Origin: Deinococcales bacterium
GTDB lineage: Bacteria; Deinococcota; Deinococci; Deinococcales; JAAFIG01
DNA length: 64,000 bases
NCBI GenBank assembly: GCA_031414595.1
Contig: JANNVX010000088.1
Location: 128,001-192,000 of the forward strand
Reading direction: 5' to 3'
Below the pieces are notes generated by a model. That model worked only from the letters and a program-made list of their open reading frames with translations, had not been told where the DNA came from and did not search any database. This document shows, piece by piece, positions 42,108-52,898 of this stretch (position 1 is the stretch's first letter; each line of letters begins with the position of its first letter). The position numbers were made by a program, and so were the translations under genes.

Positions 42108-43460
42108 ATGAATATTGAAAATGCCAAGACAGAACTGCTCGAATGGCTTGCCATTCCTAGCATCAGCACCCTTTCCGAACGCGCCCCCGAAATGCGCCAA
42201 GCTGCCGAATACCTGCATCAAAAACTAAGTAGTCTTGGCATTACCTCGAGTATCCTCGAGACGGCTGGACATCCCGTGGTGTACGCCGAACACCTCAAAG
42301 CAGACTCTAGCGCCCCAACGGTTTTATTGTACGGACATTACGATGTTCAACCCACCGACCCCGAAAACGAATGGACAACCCCACCGTTTGCCCCAGAAAT
42401 CCGAGACCAAGCCATTTATGCTCGAGGCAGCACCGACGACAAAGGACAAGTCTGGGCGCATGTGGCAGCTTTAGAGCATCACCTAACGACCCACGGAAAA
42501 TTGCCTGTCAACCTTAAAATTTTAATCGAAGGCGAAGAAGAAATCGGCAGCCCTAACCTTAAACCTTTTGTCCAGTGGAATGCGGCTAAACTCGGCTGTG
42601 ATGTGGTGGTGATTTCCGATGGCAGCATGTTCGCGCCAAACGTCCCGACCCTGACGACTGGACTGCGTGGATTGTGTTATCTCGAGGTGCATGTTCAAGG
42701 CGCAAAACAAGACCTGCATTCGGGCGGCTACGGCGGTGCAGTCGCCAACCCAATTCAAGCCCTCGCCCAGATTATTCAGAGCCTTCGCAATGGCAACGGC
42801 GAGATTCTGATTCCAAGCATATATAACGATGTGCGCCCTGTCCCACCAGAAGAACTCGAGGGCTGGAAGCGTTTACCTTTTGATGAAGCAGCCCTGATGA
42901 AATCTGTGGGAGTCAGCGCCCTGCCCGGTGAAACCGGATACTCTGTCCTCGAGCGGCTCTGGGCAAGACCGACCTTAGAGATTAACGGCATCTGGGGCGG
43001 ATTTAGTGGCGAAGGACAAAAAACTGTGCTGCCCGCTAAGGCTGGCGCAAAAATCAGCCTCAGACTTGTGCCAGACCAAGAACCAGACCAAATTTTTGAA
43101 TTGGTCAAAAACCATATTCATAGCCTCGAGTTACCCGGCGTGACCGTCAGGGTTAAAAAACTACACACTGGTAATCCAGCGCTGGTGGACGCAAACAGCC
43201 CCGCCGCCCAAGCTGCGATTGCCGCCCTGTCTCGAGCTTACCCAAATGTTAAGCCATCCTTGGTACGGACTGGCGGTACAATCCCAGTGGTTTCGGTTTT
43301 CCGCGAAGTGCTAAACGCACCTGTATTACTGGTGGATTACGGCTTACCAGATGACGGAGCGCACGGACCAAATGAACGTTTTACGCTCGAGTGTTTTGAA
43401 AAAGGCATAGAAACCAGTATTTACTTATACGAAGAACTGGCAAAACTCGAGAAACGCTAA
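42108..43460 (+). CDS. M20 family dipeptidase
   Basis: YGHYDVQP, ARGSTDDKG, EGEEEIGS, DLHSG, AHGPNE. Confidence 0.93.
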   Translation: MNIENAKTELLEWLAIPSISTLSERAPEMRQAAEYLHQKLSSLGITSSILETAGHPVVYAEHLKADSSAPTVLLYGHYDVQPTDPENEWTTPPFAPEIRDQAIYARGSTDDKGQVWAHVAALEHHLTTHGKLPVNLKILIEGEEEIGSPNLKPFVQWNAAKLGCDVVVISDGSMFAPNVPTLTTGLRGLCYLEVHVQGAKQDLHSGGYGGAVANPIQALAQIIQSLRNGNGEILIPSIYNDVRPVPPEELEGWKRLPFDEAALMKSVGVSALPGETGYSVLERLWARPTLEINGIWGGFSGEGQKTVLPAKAGAKISLRLVPDQEPDQIFELVKNHIHSLELPGVTVRVKKLHTGNPALVDANSPAAQAAIAALSRAYPNVKPSLVRTGGTIPVVSVFREVLNAPVLLVDYGLPDDGAHGPNERFTLECFEKGIETSIYLYEELAKLEKR

Positions 43461-43522
43461 GCGTATACGGGAAAAATAAAAAAACAGTAAACTCTTACGC
43501 ACTCCCCCCGCCGCAAGCGACG

Positions 43523-43544
43523 ACCCCCTCGAAAAAGAGGGGGT
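43523..43544. terminator. hairpin between convergent genes
   Basis: ACCCCCTC-gaaaaa-GAGGGGGT followed by TT. Confidence 0.55.
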
Positions 43545-43589
43545 TTAGGGTTGCTTGTTTTGAGTTGTTTTTAGGTTTTTCTGTGGGTA

Positions 43590-45464
43590 TTAGGAAGGTA
43601 AACCAATTGAGTTTTGTGGAACATCTATTGTGCGCCGAACTCGCTCAACTGCTTCCTTGACCGTTTCGCCAGTAATAATTTCATTCTCGAGCAGGGCGTT
43701 AGCCACATCGTGCATGGCTTGGGCATATTGTTTCATGACCGTCTTGGTGTTGGCATACGCCCTGTCTAAAATATCTTTGATGTCTGCATCTATCATTCGG
43801 GCAGTTTCATCTGAAACTTCGGAACGATTGACCAACTGATCGCCCAAGAAAACAGGTCCACTGCTTGCGCCACCCCAAGCGATATTCCGTAATCTATCGC
43901 CCATGCCCCACTCGAGAACCATGCGCCGAGCCAGTTGCAAAGTGCGCTGGAAATCGTTTGACGCACCAGCCCCAACGTAGCCAATAAATTCTTCTTCGGC
44001 AGCCCGACCAGCCAATGCCGCCGCCAGCGTTGCTTCAGCGCGTTGTTGGGTCATCTCGAGCATTTCTGATTCGTTTTCGGGAGCGAACATCGCCACACCT
44101 AGAGTTCTACCACGCGGCACAATACTGACCTTGACAGGTTTCATGGCGTAGGGCAGGACTTGAGAAATCACGGCATGACCAGCTTCGTGGTACGCCGTAG
44201 CGCGTTTCATTTCGTTGGAAATCATCATGCTGCCATGCTCGAGACCAAGCGTAATTTTATCAAATGCCCTCGAGAAATCCATCATTTTGATGATGTTCGC
44301 CCCGCGTCTGGCTGCCTCGAGTGCAGCTTCATTAGCAAGGTTTTTGAGGTCAGCCCCGCTCATGCCCGGAGTCATTTTGGAAAGCATTTCGACGTTGACA
44401 TCTGGGTCAATTGGTTTATTCCGCATATGAACTTGGACAATTTGTTCGCGTTCTTTCATGGTCGGTAAATCCACTGTGACTTGACGGTCAAAACGCCCCG
44501 GACGAAGAAGCGCCGAATCGAGAATATCAGGGCGATTGGTTGCCGCCATAATAATCACGGATGTTTGCTTATCAAAACCATCCATTTCAGTCAGGATTTG
44601 ATTCAGGGTTTGTTCGCGTTCATCATGACCGCCACCAATACCCGCGCCGCGTTTACGACCAATGCTGTCAAGCTCGTCAATAAAAATAATGGCTGGCGAG
44701 GCTTTACGCGCATCATCGAACAAACTCCGAACTCGAGACGCACCAACACCGACAAACATTTCCATGAATTCGGAAGCTGAAACGGTGAAAAATGGCACAC
44801 CAGCTTCTCCTGCCACCGCTCGAGCCAACAGCGTTTTACCAGTACCGGGAGGTCCAACCAGCAACACGCCTTTTGGAATTTCTGCCCCAACTGCATGGTA
44901 CTTACCGGGATTCTTAAGAAAATCCACAACCTCGATTAACTCGCGCTTGACCTCTTCGTGACCCGCCACATCGGGGAACATGGTACTGACTTTTTTCTCT
45001 TTACCGTACTGCTTGGCTCGAGACTGCCCGAACTGCATGACCTGCCCTTGAGCGCCTTGCCCACGCATAAAAATAAACCAGAAAATACCGAGCATCAAAA
45101 GTACAGGTAAAAACGCGGTCAGTAAACCAAGCCACGGCGAAGGATTCTGTGCCTGAATTGCCACATTGTTTTTCTTTAAAGTTGGCATCAAATCTGGGTC
45201 TCGAGCCTCCACCGAAGGCAATAAGGTACTAAAGGTGCTGAGTTCAACTGACCTATCGCCAATCAAGATTCGTTCAATTTGTTTGGTTTTTAGATCAAGC
45301 CGATTCTCGGTAATCGAAACACTTTCAACTTTACCCGCTTCGACAAGCCCAAGAAACTGTGAGTAACTGATTTGCCGTCCGCCAGAACCACCAGGGTTAA
45401 AAGCATTAAAAGCAAAGAACAACGCGATAATAACAAGGAAAATAACAAACGGATTAATTTTCAA
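43590..45464 (-). CDS. ftsH: ATP-dependent zinc metalloprotease FtsH
   Basis: Two TM helices, [38 protein letters not shown] start after AAGGAG. Confidence 0.95.
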   Translation of the reverse strand: MKINPFVIFLVIIALFFAFNAFNPGGSGGRQISYSQFLGLVEAGKVESVSITENRLDLKTKQIERILIGDRSVELSTFSTLLPSVEARDPDLMPTLKKNNVAIQAQNPSPWLGLLTAFLPVLLMLGIFWFIFMRGQGAQGQVMQFGQSRAKQYGKEKKVSTMFPDVAGHEEVKRELIEVVDFLKNPGKYHAVGAEIPKGVLLVGPPGTGKTLLARAVAGEAGVPFFTVSASEFMEMFVGVGASRVRSLFDDARKASPAIIFIDELDSIGRKRGAGIGGGHDEREQTLNQILTEMDGFDKQTSVIIMAATNRPDILDSALLRPGRFDRQVTVDLPTMKEREQIVQVHMRNKPIDPDVNVEMLSKMTPGMSGADLKNLANEAALEAARRGANIIKMMDFSRAFDKITLGLEHGSMMISNEMKRATAYHEAGHAVISQVLPYAMKPVKVSIVPRGRTLGVAMFAPENESEMLEMTQQRAEATLAAALAGRAAEEEFIGYVGAGASNDFQRTLQLARRMVLEWGMGDRLRNIAWGGASSGPVFLGDQLVNRSEVSDETARMIDADIKDILDRAYANTKTVMKQYAQAMHDVANALLENEIITGETVKEAVERVRRTIDVPQNSIGLPS

Positions 45465-45579
45465 CGGAGGTGCCTCCTTCAAAGGCGGAGAGGGGAAAAG
45501 CAAAGCTAACAGCAACAATATACAACGTGGTCTGTGAGGAACAATGTACTCGAGACCGTAAAAATGCTAAAATCATCCA

Positions 45580-46140
45580 ATGACGTTGGCTGCCACACAA
45601 CTGATGACTGCCGAAATGCTCGAGGTGCTGCCCAACGATGGGCGGCGTTTGGAGCTTGTGAAGGGAGAATTACGAGAACTTATGGCAAGTGGAGGAGACC
45701 ACGGTGATGTGACGATGGAACTTTCGTGGCGACTAGCACGAATTGCTTTTGAGGATAAACTCGGTAAGGTGTTTGCAGCAGAAACTGGTTTTATTGTGGA
45801 CAGAAACCCAGATACGGTACGAGCGCCAGATATTGCCTTTATGTGTAAAGAACGAATCGAACTGATGGGTGGTATTCCCAAAGGGTACATTCCACTTGCC
45901 CCAGACATAGCTGTTGAAACCATTTCACCAAACGATTTGTATACCGAAAGCCACGCAAAAGCCATGATGTGGCTTGAATTTGGTTCAAAACTGGTCTTGG
46001 TTCTTAATCCTAGAAAAGCAAGTATTACTGTATACCGAGCAAACTCTGTTCCTATCGAATTAAAACCAGAAGACAGACTTGAGTTTGTAGATATTCTGCC
46101 AAGATTCTCCGTCCGAGTCGGCGAGATTTTTGGAATATAA
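45580..46140 (+). CDS. Uma2 family endonuclease-fold protein
   Basis: ELVKGEL, RAPDIAF, APDIAVETISPND. Confidence 0.9.
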   Translation: MTLAATQLMTAEMLEVLPNDGRRLELVKGELRELMASGGDHGDVTMELSWRLARIAFEDKLGKVFAAETGFIVDRNPDTVRAPDIAFMCKERIELMGGIPKGYIPLAPDIAVETISPNDLYTESHAKAMMWLEFGSKLVLVLNPRKASITVYRANSVPIELKPEDRLEFVDILPRFSVRVGEIFGI

Positions 46141-46144
46141 ATCA

Positions 46145-48703
46145 TCAGTTTGCCAACCTCGAGCCAAAATTAAAGCGCCCATCGGAATAATCCACCACTA
46201 AACTCGAGTTATCTGGCACTTCGCCGCCCAGAATCCGTTTAGCAATTGGAGTCTCGAGTTCGCGCCCAATGGTGCGTTTGAGTGGTCTAGCCCCATACGC
46301 TGGGTCGTAACCCATGCCCGCAAGATGGTCTTTGGCTAGGTCGGAAAGTTCTAAGCTAACGCCGCGTTCAAGCAGTCTCGAGCGTAACCCGTTGAGTTGA
46401 ATATCCACAATGTCACGCATTTGATGCACACTTAAAGCATCAAAGACCACAATCTCATCTACGCGGTTTAAGAACTCTGGGCGGAAATGCTGGGTCAAGA
46501 GTTTTTGTACATCCTCACGCACCCCACGGGTCACACCACCATTTTTGGCTGCCTCGAGAATCATCGGGCTTCCAAGGTTACTGGTCATGATAATCACAGT
46601 GTTGCGAAAATCCACGGTTCGCCCTTGCCCATCGGTTAAGCGCCCATCATCAAGCACTTGCAGCAGGGTATTAAAGACATCGGGATGGGCTTTTTCGATT
46701 TCGTCTAAGAGAATCACCGAGTACGGACGACGGCGCACGGCTTCGGTCAGTTGTCCACCTTCGTCATAGCCGACATAGCCCGGAGGCGCACCGATTAAAC
46801 GGCTGACACTGTGTTTTTCCATGTACTCGGACATGTCAAGCCGCACCAGCGCATCTTCGGTGTCAAACAAAAATGCAGCCAGTGTTTTTGCCAGTTCGGT
46901 CTTGCCGACACCGGTTGGTCCTAAAAACATCAGGCTACCAATCGGGCGCTTTGGGTCAGACAAACCAGCTCTTGAACGACGAATCGCATCCGAGACCGCC
47001 CGAACCGCTTCTTCTTGACCAATCACCCGAAGGTGTAACTCTGACTCGAGACGAAGCAGTTTTTCGCGTTCACCCTCGAGTAATCGCGCCACAGGAATTC
47101 CCGTCCAACGCGCCACAATCTCGGCAATGTCGTGTTCGGTCACTTGGCTCGAGGCAAATTTGGCGCTTTTTAATTTCTTCTCGAGATTTCGCACTTCCAT
47201 TTCTAAAGCGGGCAGTGTGCCATATTTTAACTCGGCGGCTTTGGAAAGGTCGTACTCGCGTTCGGCACGTTCAATCTGTACCCGTACCGAATCGAGTTGT
47301 TCACGGGCATCTTTGAGTTTTAAGAGTTCGGCACGTTCAACTTCCCACTCCGAGCGTAAACCTGCCGTTTTTGCGGTCACATCCTGCAATTCACGTTGTA
47401 AATCCTCGAGCCGACGCGCCGAATCCTCATCCTTTTCTTTTTGCAGCGCTTGTTGTTCGATTTCCAGTTGCAATTTGCGCCGCTCGAGCGTGTCTATTTC
47501 TTCGGGGCTGGATTCAAGCTGCATTCGCAAACGGGCGGCGGCTTCATCAATTAAATCAATGGCTTTATCGGGAAGCTGCCTGTCGGCGATATAGCGGTTA
47601 GAAAGTAAAGCGGCTGCCACCACCGCAGGGTCAGTGATTTCAACATTATGATGCACTTGATAGCGTTCTTTGATGCCGCGTAAAATGCTGATCGTATCCT
47701 CAACACTTGGTTCATTGATATACACAGGCTGGAAACGTCGCTCTAAGGCTGCGTCTTTTTCGATTTCACGGTATTCTTTTAAGGTTGTTGCTCCAATCAA
47801 ATGCAGTTCGCCGCGTGCTAACGCGGGTTTAAGCATATTGCCCGCATCGGGGCTACCTTCGGATTTACCCGCGCCAACAATCGTGTGCAGTTCATCAATA
47901 AAAAGAATAATCTCGCCATTGGCTTTTTCGACTTCAGAAATTACCGCCTTTAAGCGTTCCTCGAACTCGCCTCGGAATTTTGCCCCAGCCAGCAGTGTAC
48001 CTATCGCTAAACTGACAATTCGTTTGTGTTTTAAGCCGTCCGGCACATCACCTTTGACTATTCGTTGGGCTAGACCTTCGGCAATGGCGGTTTTACCCAC
48101 CCCCGGTTCGCCAATCACCACAGGGTTATTTTTAGTTCGACGCAACAAAATCTGCATCACTCGACGAATTTCCTCATCACGCCCAATCACTGGGTCTAGC
48201 TTGCCATCTCGAGCCTGAGCCGTTAAATCCAGCCCGTACTTCTCGAGGGCTTCAAAGGTTGTTTCGGCTGTTTTGGTGTCCACTTTACGACCTCCTCTAA
48301 TTTTCTCGAGCGCCGTTCTTAAATTTGCTGCGCTTGGTAAATCGTGACTGATAAATTGTTCACGCATGGCAACAAAAAGTGCGTCCAAGCCAATAAACGA
48401 ATCTTGTAATTCTTTAACAATAACTTCGGCTCGTTCTAAGCCTCGAGCAAATTCTTGGGATGCAAATTGCCCCGCGTTTTGTGAAGTTTTAGCTTGGGCA
48501 TTGAGGAATTTCTCTAAACTATTTTTAGCAACTTGGGCGTTTCCACTGGCTAACTCGAGCATCCGCAGTATAGGCGTGTCCCCCTCGAGAGCGGCTAACA
48601 AGACATGCGCTGGTAAAAGTTGGGAATTACCAATGGCTTGGGCTTTGGTCTGGGCAGTTTGTAAAGTTTGTAGTGCAAGTTCGGTATATCGTTCTGGGTT
48701 CAT
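46145..48703 (-). CDS. clpB: chaperone ClpB
   Basis: Two AAA modules ([16 protein letters not shown]), coiled-coil middle domain, [13 protein letters not shown]. Confidence 0.96.
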   Translation of the reverse strand: MNPERYTELALQTLQTAQTKAQAIGNSQLLPAHVLLAALEGDTPILRMLELASGNAQVAKNSLEKFLNAQAKTSQNAGQFASQEFARGLERAEVIVKELQDSFIGLDALFVAMREQFISHDLPSAANLRTALEKIRGGRKVDTKTAETTFEALEKYGLDLTAQARDGKLDPVIGRDEEIRRVMQILLRRTKNNPVVIGEPGVGKTAIAEGLAQRIVKGDVPDGLKHKRIVSLAIGTLLAGAKFRGEFEERLKAVISEVEKANGEIILFIDELHTIVGAGKSEGSPDAGNMLKPALARGELHLIGATTLKEYREIEKDAALERRFQPVYINEPSVEDTISILRGIKERYQVHHNVEITDPAVVAAALLSNRYIADRQLPDKAIDLIDEAAARLRMQLESSPEEIDTLERRKLQLEIEQQALQKEKDEDSARRLEDLQRELQDVTAKTAGLRSEWEVERAELLKLKDAREQLDSVRVQIERAEREYDLSKAAELKYGTLPALEMEVRNLEKKLKSAKFASSQVTEHDIAEIVARWTGIPVARLLEGEREKLLRLESELHLRVIGQEEAVRAVSDAIRRSRAGLSDPKRPIGSLMFLGPTGVGKTELAKTLAAFLFDTEDALVRLDMSEYMEKHSVSRLIGAPPGYVGYDEGGQLTEAVRRRPYSVILLDEIEKAHPDVFNTLLQVLDDGRLTDGQGRTVDFRNTVIIMTSNLGSPMILEAAKNGGVTRGVREDVQKLLTQHFRPEFLNRVDEIVVFDALSVHQMRDIVDIQLNGLRSRLLERGVSLELSDLAKDHLAGMGYDPAYGARPLKRTIGRELETPIAKRILGGEVPDNSSLVVDYSDGRFNFGSRLAN

Positions 48704-48750
48704 AGTTACCTCGAGAGCCAAGAGAGAGGGTAGTGGCTTAACATAATGAC

Positions 48751-48780
48751 ACAATAAAACTTGAGTGCAGTCTTGTCAAG
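48751..48780 (-). promoter_or_regulatory. clpB promoter overlapped by HAIR (HspR operator)
   Basis: CTTGAGT-N7-TGTCAAG (HAIR consensus CTTGAGT-N7-ACTCAAG) overlapping minus-strand TTGACA-17-TATTGT. Confidence 0.75.
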
Positions 48781-48851
48781 TTTATTGCAATACAATTACT
48801 CGAGATAACCCACTTGAAAGCTGTCGTGCCGAATTAGAATTCTGACCAAGC

Positions 48852-48888
48852 CAAAAAAGCGCCAAGCAAATTGCTTGGCGCTTTTTTG
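48852..48888. terminator. intrinsic terminator
   Basis: CAAAAAAGCGCCAAGCA-aat-TGCTTGGCGCTTTTTTG. Confidence 0.9.
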
Positions 48889-48897
48889 AGTTTTTTC

Positions 48898-49281
48898 TTA
48901 TTTCTTTTTCTTTTTCTTTTCAGGACCGCCGCCCATCCCACTGGTGGTTCGGTCTTTGGCATCGCGCATAAAAGCGCGGAGTTTGGCTTCAAAAGCAGGT
49001 GCTTGCTTGCCGATGCGTTTGGGCTTCGGGATTTCTTCGGGTGTGTCTTGGAGTTCTTTGATGCTTAAATCCAAGCGTCCTTTTTCGTCCCTACCTAGAA
49101 CTTTCACGGTTATTTCTTGTCCATCGCGTAAGTGTTCAGAAACTGACCGCACAAACTCATGTGCGATTTGCGAGATGTGAACCAAACCAGTCTCGCCAGT
49201 ATCTTTTATTTCCACAAACGCGCCGAAATCGGTAACTCGCGTGACTTTTCCTTCTACCACTGCCCCAGACTCAATTGACAC
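48898..49281 (-). CDS. S1 RNA-binding domain protein (YabR/YugI-like)
   Basis: GKVTRVTDFGAFV, GLVHISQI, LDLSIK; AGGAGG RBS. Confidence 0.9.
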   Translation of the reverse strand: MSIESGAVVEGKVTRVTDFGAFVEIKDTGETGLVHISQIAHEFVRSVSEHLRDGQEITVKVLGRDEKGRLDLSIKELQDTPEEIPKPKRIGKQAPAFEAKLRAFMRDAKDRTTSGMGGGPEKKKKKK

Positions 49282-49417
49282 TCGGTGTAGCCTCCTTTGA
49301 TAACGCCCGCTTTTGAAAAAGTTTCATAGCTTTTGACATTGCTTACAGTTTAACACAAGTTTAGAGGAATGCGTGATACATCTTTTCTCTTGTGTGTTAG
49401 CCCAACACCTGTTATAG

Positions 49418-49468
49418 TCTTGCCTCGCGCTGTGTCAAAGCGGTGTGATTTTATGTCTACAAGGAGGT
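49418..49468 (+). promoter_or_regulatory. possible S6:S18 autoregulatory leader
   Basis: CTTG-CC can pair with CAAG adjacent to the GGAGG SD of rpsF; inner TCGCGC/GTGTGA stem. Confidence 0.35.
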
Positions 49469-49477
49469 GAAATAATT

Positions 49478-49789
49478 ATGGCAAATTATGACTTAAATGT
49501 GTTACTCAACCCTAACCTTGACCAGAGCCAAATCGCTGTGGAAAAAGAGTACATCGAGAATGCAGTTAAAAACGGTGGTGGAAGTGTTTCCCAACTCGAC
49601 GAGTGGGGCAACAAGAAACTGGCTTACCAAATCAAAAAGGATTCGCAAGCCTACTTTTTGGTCTACCGCTTAGACCTTCCCGAGAATGCAACCAACACGA
49701 TTCAAACATCGTTGCGTTTACGCGACCATGTGCGTCGCGTGATGGTGGTAAAACAACGTCCGGAATGGAAGACCAAAAAATCGGCTTAA
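49478..49789 (+). CDS. rpsF: 30S ribosomal protein S6
   Basis: YDLNVLLNP, WGNKKLAYQI, VRRVMVVK. Confidence 0.95.
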   Translation: MANYDLNVLLNPNLDQSQIAVEKEYIENAVKNGGGSVSQLDEWGNKKLAYQIKKDSQAYFLVYRLDLPENATNTIQTSLRLRDHVRRVMVVKQRPEWKTKKSA

Positions 49790-49879
49790 GGTACTTTGCT
49801 CGAGCAGCCCCTAACGCATACTCGAGATTATTCGCAAATCACTAGCATTACGAGCAAACCGCTCGAGAAGAGGAAGAAC

Positions 49880-50758
49880 ATGGCAAGAGGCTTAAATCAC
49901 GTTTATCTGATGGGCGCATTGGCAAAAGACCCAGACTTGCGTTATACCCCAAGCGGCATTGCTGTGGCGGATTTAACCGTGGCTGGCGAAGATAACGTCA
50001 TGGGCAACGATGGTCGCTCACGGGTACTGCCTTGGTATCATCGGGTCAGTATTCTTGGACAACAAGCCGAGCGCATGACCGATGGCAACTTAAAAGCTGG
50101 CGATCCTGTGCTGGTCGAAGGTTCTTTGGAATTTCGCACTTGGGAAACGCCCGAAGGACAAAAACGCAGTGCGGTCAATGTCAAAGCCTTACGGGTCGAG
50201 ATTGCCCAATACGGAACTCGAGCCGAACCACTTGTGACCGATAGTGTCGGCGGTAAACGCCTAACCAACGCCCTAAACGAAGTCGTCCTGATTGGCAATT
50301 TAACCCGCGATTCAGAGCTTCGCTACACCCCATCTGGTGATGCTGTTACCACCATTTCCATTGCAGTAAACGAATCATGGAAAGACAAGACTGGTAATTG
50401 GCAAGAAAAAACCCATTATGTCGAGGTTAATTTGTGGCGCGACCTCGCCGAAGCCGCCGGAGAACTGAAAAAAGGCGATCCGATTATGGTTTTGGGCAGA
50501 CTGGTCAATGAATCTTGGACTGACCGAGAAGGTAATAAAAGATCAACCACCCGAGTTGAAGGAAGACGTATTGAAATACTGGCTCGCGGTCCTGGAACTG
50601 CTGGTAATTCCGGAACCACCTCGAGTGCCAACCGCCAAGCCGGCGGATTTGCACCAGCGCGACAAGCAGCCCCGCAAGCTGACGCAGGGTCCCGTGCGAG
50701 ACCAGACATTGATGACGGCTTACAAGATTTCCCACCAGAAGAAGATTTACCATTTTAG
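49880..50758 (+). CDS. ssb: single-stranded DNA-binding protein, Deinococcota double-OB type
   Basis: MARGLNHVYL; two LRYTPSG OB folds; acidic tail DFPPEEDLPF. Confidence 0.97.
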   Translation: MARGLNHVYLMGALAKDPDLRYTPSGIAVADLTVAGEDNVMGNDGRSRVLPWYHRVSILGQQAERMTDGNLKAGDPVLVEGSLEFRTWETPEGQKRSAVNVKALRVEIAQYGTRAEPLVTDSVGGKRLTNALNEVVLIGNLTRDSELRYTPSGDAVTTISIAVNESWKDKTGNWQEKTHYVEVNLWRDLAEAAGELKKGDPIMVLGRLVNESWTDREGNKRSTTRVEGRRIEILARGPGTAGNSGTTSSANRQAGGFAPARQAAPQADAGSRARPDIDDGLQDFPPEEDLPF

Positions 50759-50767
50759 GAGTTTTAT

Positions 50768-51130
50768 ATGCCCGCAGGTAAACCCAACAATCGAAATAGC
50801 GGTTCCAGGGACCGCAATTCAGACCGTAATTCTGACCGCAACGACCGCGACAATGACCGTGGCGATAAACGCGGCGGAGCGGCAGCCGGCGGTAAGAACG
50901 CCAAGCGTCCTCGCAAGCCAAAAGTTGACCCATTCAAGACTGGTGAACTCGAAGTGACCGATTACCACGATGCCAAAATGTTGCGCCGTTTTATTTCCGA
51001 CACTGGGCGCATCTTGCCGCGTCGTCGGACTGGGGTCAACGCCAAGAACCAACGCCGTTTAGCCTTAACCATCAAACGCGCCCGTATGATTGCCTTGTTG
51101 CCATTCACCGACAAGCTCGTTCGGAAATAA
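50768..51130 (+). CDS. rpsR: 30S ribosomal protein S18 with N-terminal extension
   Basis: [29 protein letters not shown]. Confidence 0.95.
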   Translation: MPAGKPNNRNSGSRDRNSDRNSDRNDRDNDRGDKRGGAAAGGKNAKRPRKPKVDPFKTGELEVTDYHDAKMLRRFISDTGRILPRRRTGVNAKNQRRLALTIKRARMIALLPFTDKLVRK

Positions 51131-51142
51131 GGAGGAATCATC

Positions 51143-51598
51143 ATGTCTAAGAATGCAAAAGTGATTCTTCTCGAGCCAGTTACTAAGCTCGGCACAACCG
51201 GTAACATCATCGAAGTCCGCCCCGGATATGCCCGTAACTTCTTAATTCCACGCGGCTTGGTTGCCTACGCAACCCCAGCTAACTTGAAGAACCTCGAAAT
51301 GCAACTCCGCGCCAAAGTCAAGCGCTTAGAAGCGATTAAAACCGATGCCGAGAAATTGGCAGGACAATTTGCAGAAATTGTTGTGGAATTAAAAGTCAAA
51401 GCTGGCGAAGGCAAAATTTACGGCGCTGTGACCAATCAAATGGTTGCCGATGCCGTCGAGCAACAAACAGGTTTAGCCATTGACAAGCGCAAAATTGAAA
51501 TGGGCAAAGCCATCAAGGATTTGGGCGAATACGGCGTGGTTTACAAGCCACACCCAGAAGTGCCGATTCCATTGAAGTTGAATGTAACCGCAGTTTAA
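51143..51598 (+). CDS. rplI: 50S ribosomal protein L9
   Basis: VILLE..LG, GYARNFLIP, GKIYGAVT. Confidence 0.96.
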   Translation: MSKNAKVILLEPVTKLGTTGNIIEVRPGYARNFLIPRGLVAYATPANLKNLEMQLRAKVKRLEAIKTDAEKLAGQFAEIVVELKVKAGEGKIYGAVTNQMVADAVEQQTGLAIDKRKIEMGKAIKDLGEYGVVYKPHPEVPIPLKLNVTAV

Positions 51599-51610
51599 TT
51601 TGTGCATTAC

Positions 51611-51642
51611 AATGCCCCTCGAGTCAATTCTCGAGGGGCATT
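51611..51642 (+). terminator. terminator hairpin with CTCGAG stem
   Basis: AATGCCCCTCGAG-tcaatt-CTCGAGGGGCATT. Confidence 0.75.
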
Positions 51643-51685
51643 CATTTGGTTCTTTCAAAACTCGAGAAATACGCTAGAATTAGGT

Positions 51686-52588
51686 ATGCAATCACGATTT
51701 ATCAACCCATTCACAGATTTTGGTTTCAAAAAAATCTTTGGCGAAGAAGCCAGTAAGCCATTGTTGCTCGACTTCTTAAACGCCTTACTGCCAGCCCAGC
51801 ACCAGATAAAAGACCTCAGTTTTAAGAATCTCGAGCAACTCCCAGAAACAGAAAGCCAACGCAGGGCTGTCTACGATATTTACTGCGAAAGTGATAGCGG
51901 TGAACGGTTCATTGTCGAATTACAACGATTACACCAAGCCTATTTTAAGGATAGAACTATTTACTACAGCACTTTTCCAATCAGAGAACAAGCCGAAAAA
52001 GGCAATTGGAATTACAGGTTAAATGCGGTTTACTGCATTGGAATCCTAGATTTTACCTTTGACGACTTTGAGCCAGAACCCATTAAAAGCGAAGTAATAC
52101 AAACCGTTAATCTAAAAAATCAGCATAACCAAGTCTTCTACGATAAACTCACGCTGATTTACCTCGAGATACCGAACTTCAAAAAGACCGAAAGTCAACT
52201 CGAGACGCGCTTAGATAAATGGTTGTACTTTATCAAAAACCTAGAATATCTCGAGAGTATCCCCGAGATATTTAAGGATGTGGTCTTTACCCAAGCCTTT
52301 GAAGCCGCAAAAATGGCGAATTTGGGATCAGTAGAATTATACGGGTACGAACAGAGTCTAAAAATCATGCGTGATAATTACTCGACTTTTCAGTACGCGG
52401 TGGATACTGCGTTAGCCGAAGGGCGCGAAGCGGGACTTGCCGAAGGACTTGCCGAAGGCGAAGCCAAAGGCGAACGGCAAGCTAAGCTCGAGATTGCTAA
52501 AACCCTGCTCAGGCAGGGCATGACCAAGGAACAAGTTGGGGCGATAACTGGTTTAGAAACAACTGACTTAAAGTTTGGTGAGTCCTGA
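51686..52588 (+). CDS. Rpn family PD-(D/E)XK nuclease
   Basis: INPFTDFGFKKIFG, YDIYC...FIVELQ, DKWLYF, C-terminal (GLAE)n-G..EIAK..GMT repeats. Confidence 0.92.
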   Translation: MQSRFINPFTDFGFKKIFGEEASKPLLLDFLNALLPAQHQIKDLSFKNLEQLPETESQRRAVYDIYCESDSGERFIVELQRLHQAYFKDRTIYYSTFPIREQAEKGNWNYRLNAVYCIGILDFTFDDFEPEPIKSEVIQTVNLKNQHNQVFYDKLTLIYLEIPNFKKTESQLETRLDKWLYFIKNLEYLESIPEIFKDVVFTQAFEAAKMANLGSVELYGYEQSLKIMRDNYSTFQYAVDTALAEGREAGLAEGLAEGEAKGERQAKLEIAKTLLRQGMTKEQVGAITGLETTDLKFGES

Positions 52589-52619
52589 AAAAATTAGTCA
52601 GCATTGCAAAATCCGAAAA

Positions 52620-52749
52620 CTCGAGCAGAGCGATACAAACCTAGAAGTGGCTAGTTTAGTTCGGGTAGCCCATGAACTCGAGTTTGATGTGACGATTCGG
52701 CTCGAGCCAAGGCAAGCAGGGGTGGTGCTTGAAGTGAAGTTTTAAGAAG
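52620..52749 (+). pseudogene. 3' remnant of XRE-type antitoxin gene (copy 1; repeat of 57816-57945)
   Basis: Encodes LEQSDTNLEVASLVRVAHELEFDVTIRLEPRQAGVVLEVKF*, similar to the C-half of 55346-55756. Confidence 0.7.
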
Positions 52750-52898
52750 TTTTAGTATAATAACGACAAACGGAAGTGCCGATTACTTTGAAGTTAAACG
52801 TAATGGCTACTTAAAGTTAAATGCAGTACAATACCCCTCGAGAATTCCCAAGGAATATTTACTATATACATCAAAATTTCAGTTCAGGAGAGTAGATA

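Noticed and set aside
49790-49879. RDRM upstream of ssb
   Set aside because: No 17-bp palindrome with acceptable arms found by eye.
51686-52588. Rpn gene as an IS transposase
   Set aside because: No terminal inverted repeats or target duplications; the family is not shown to transpose.
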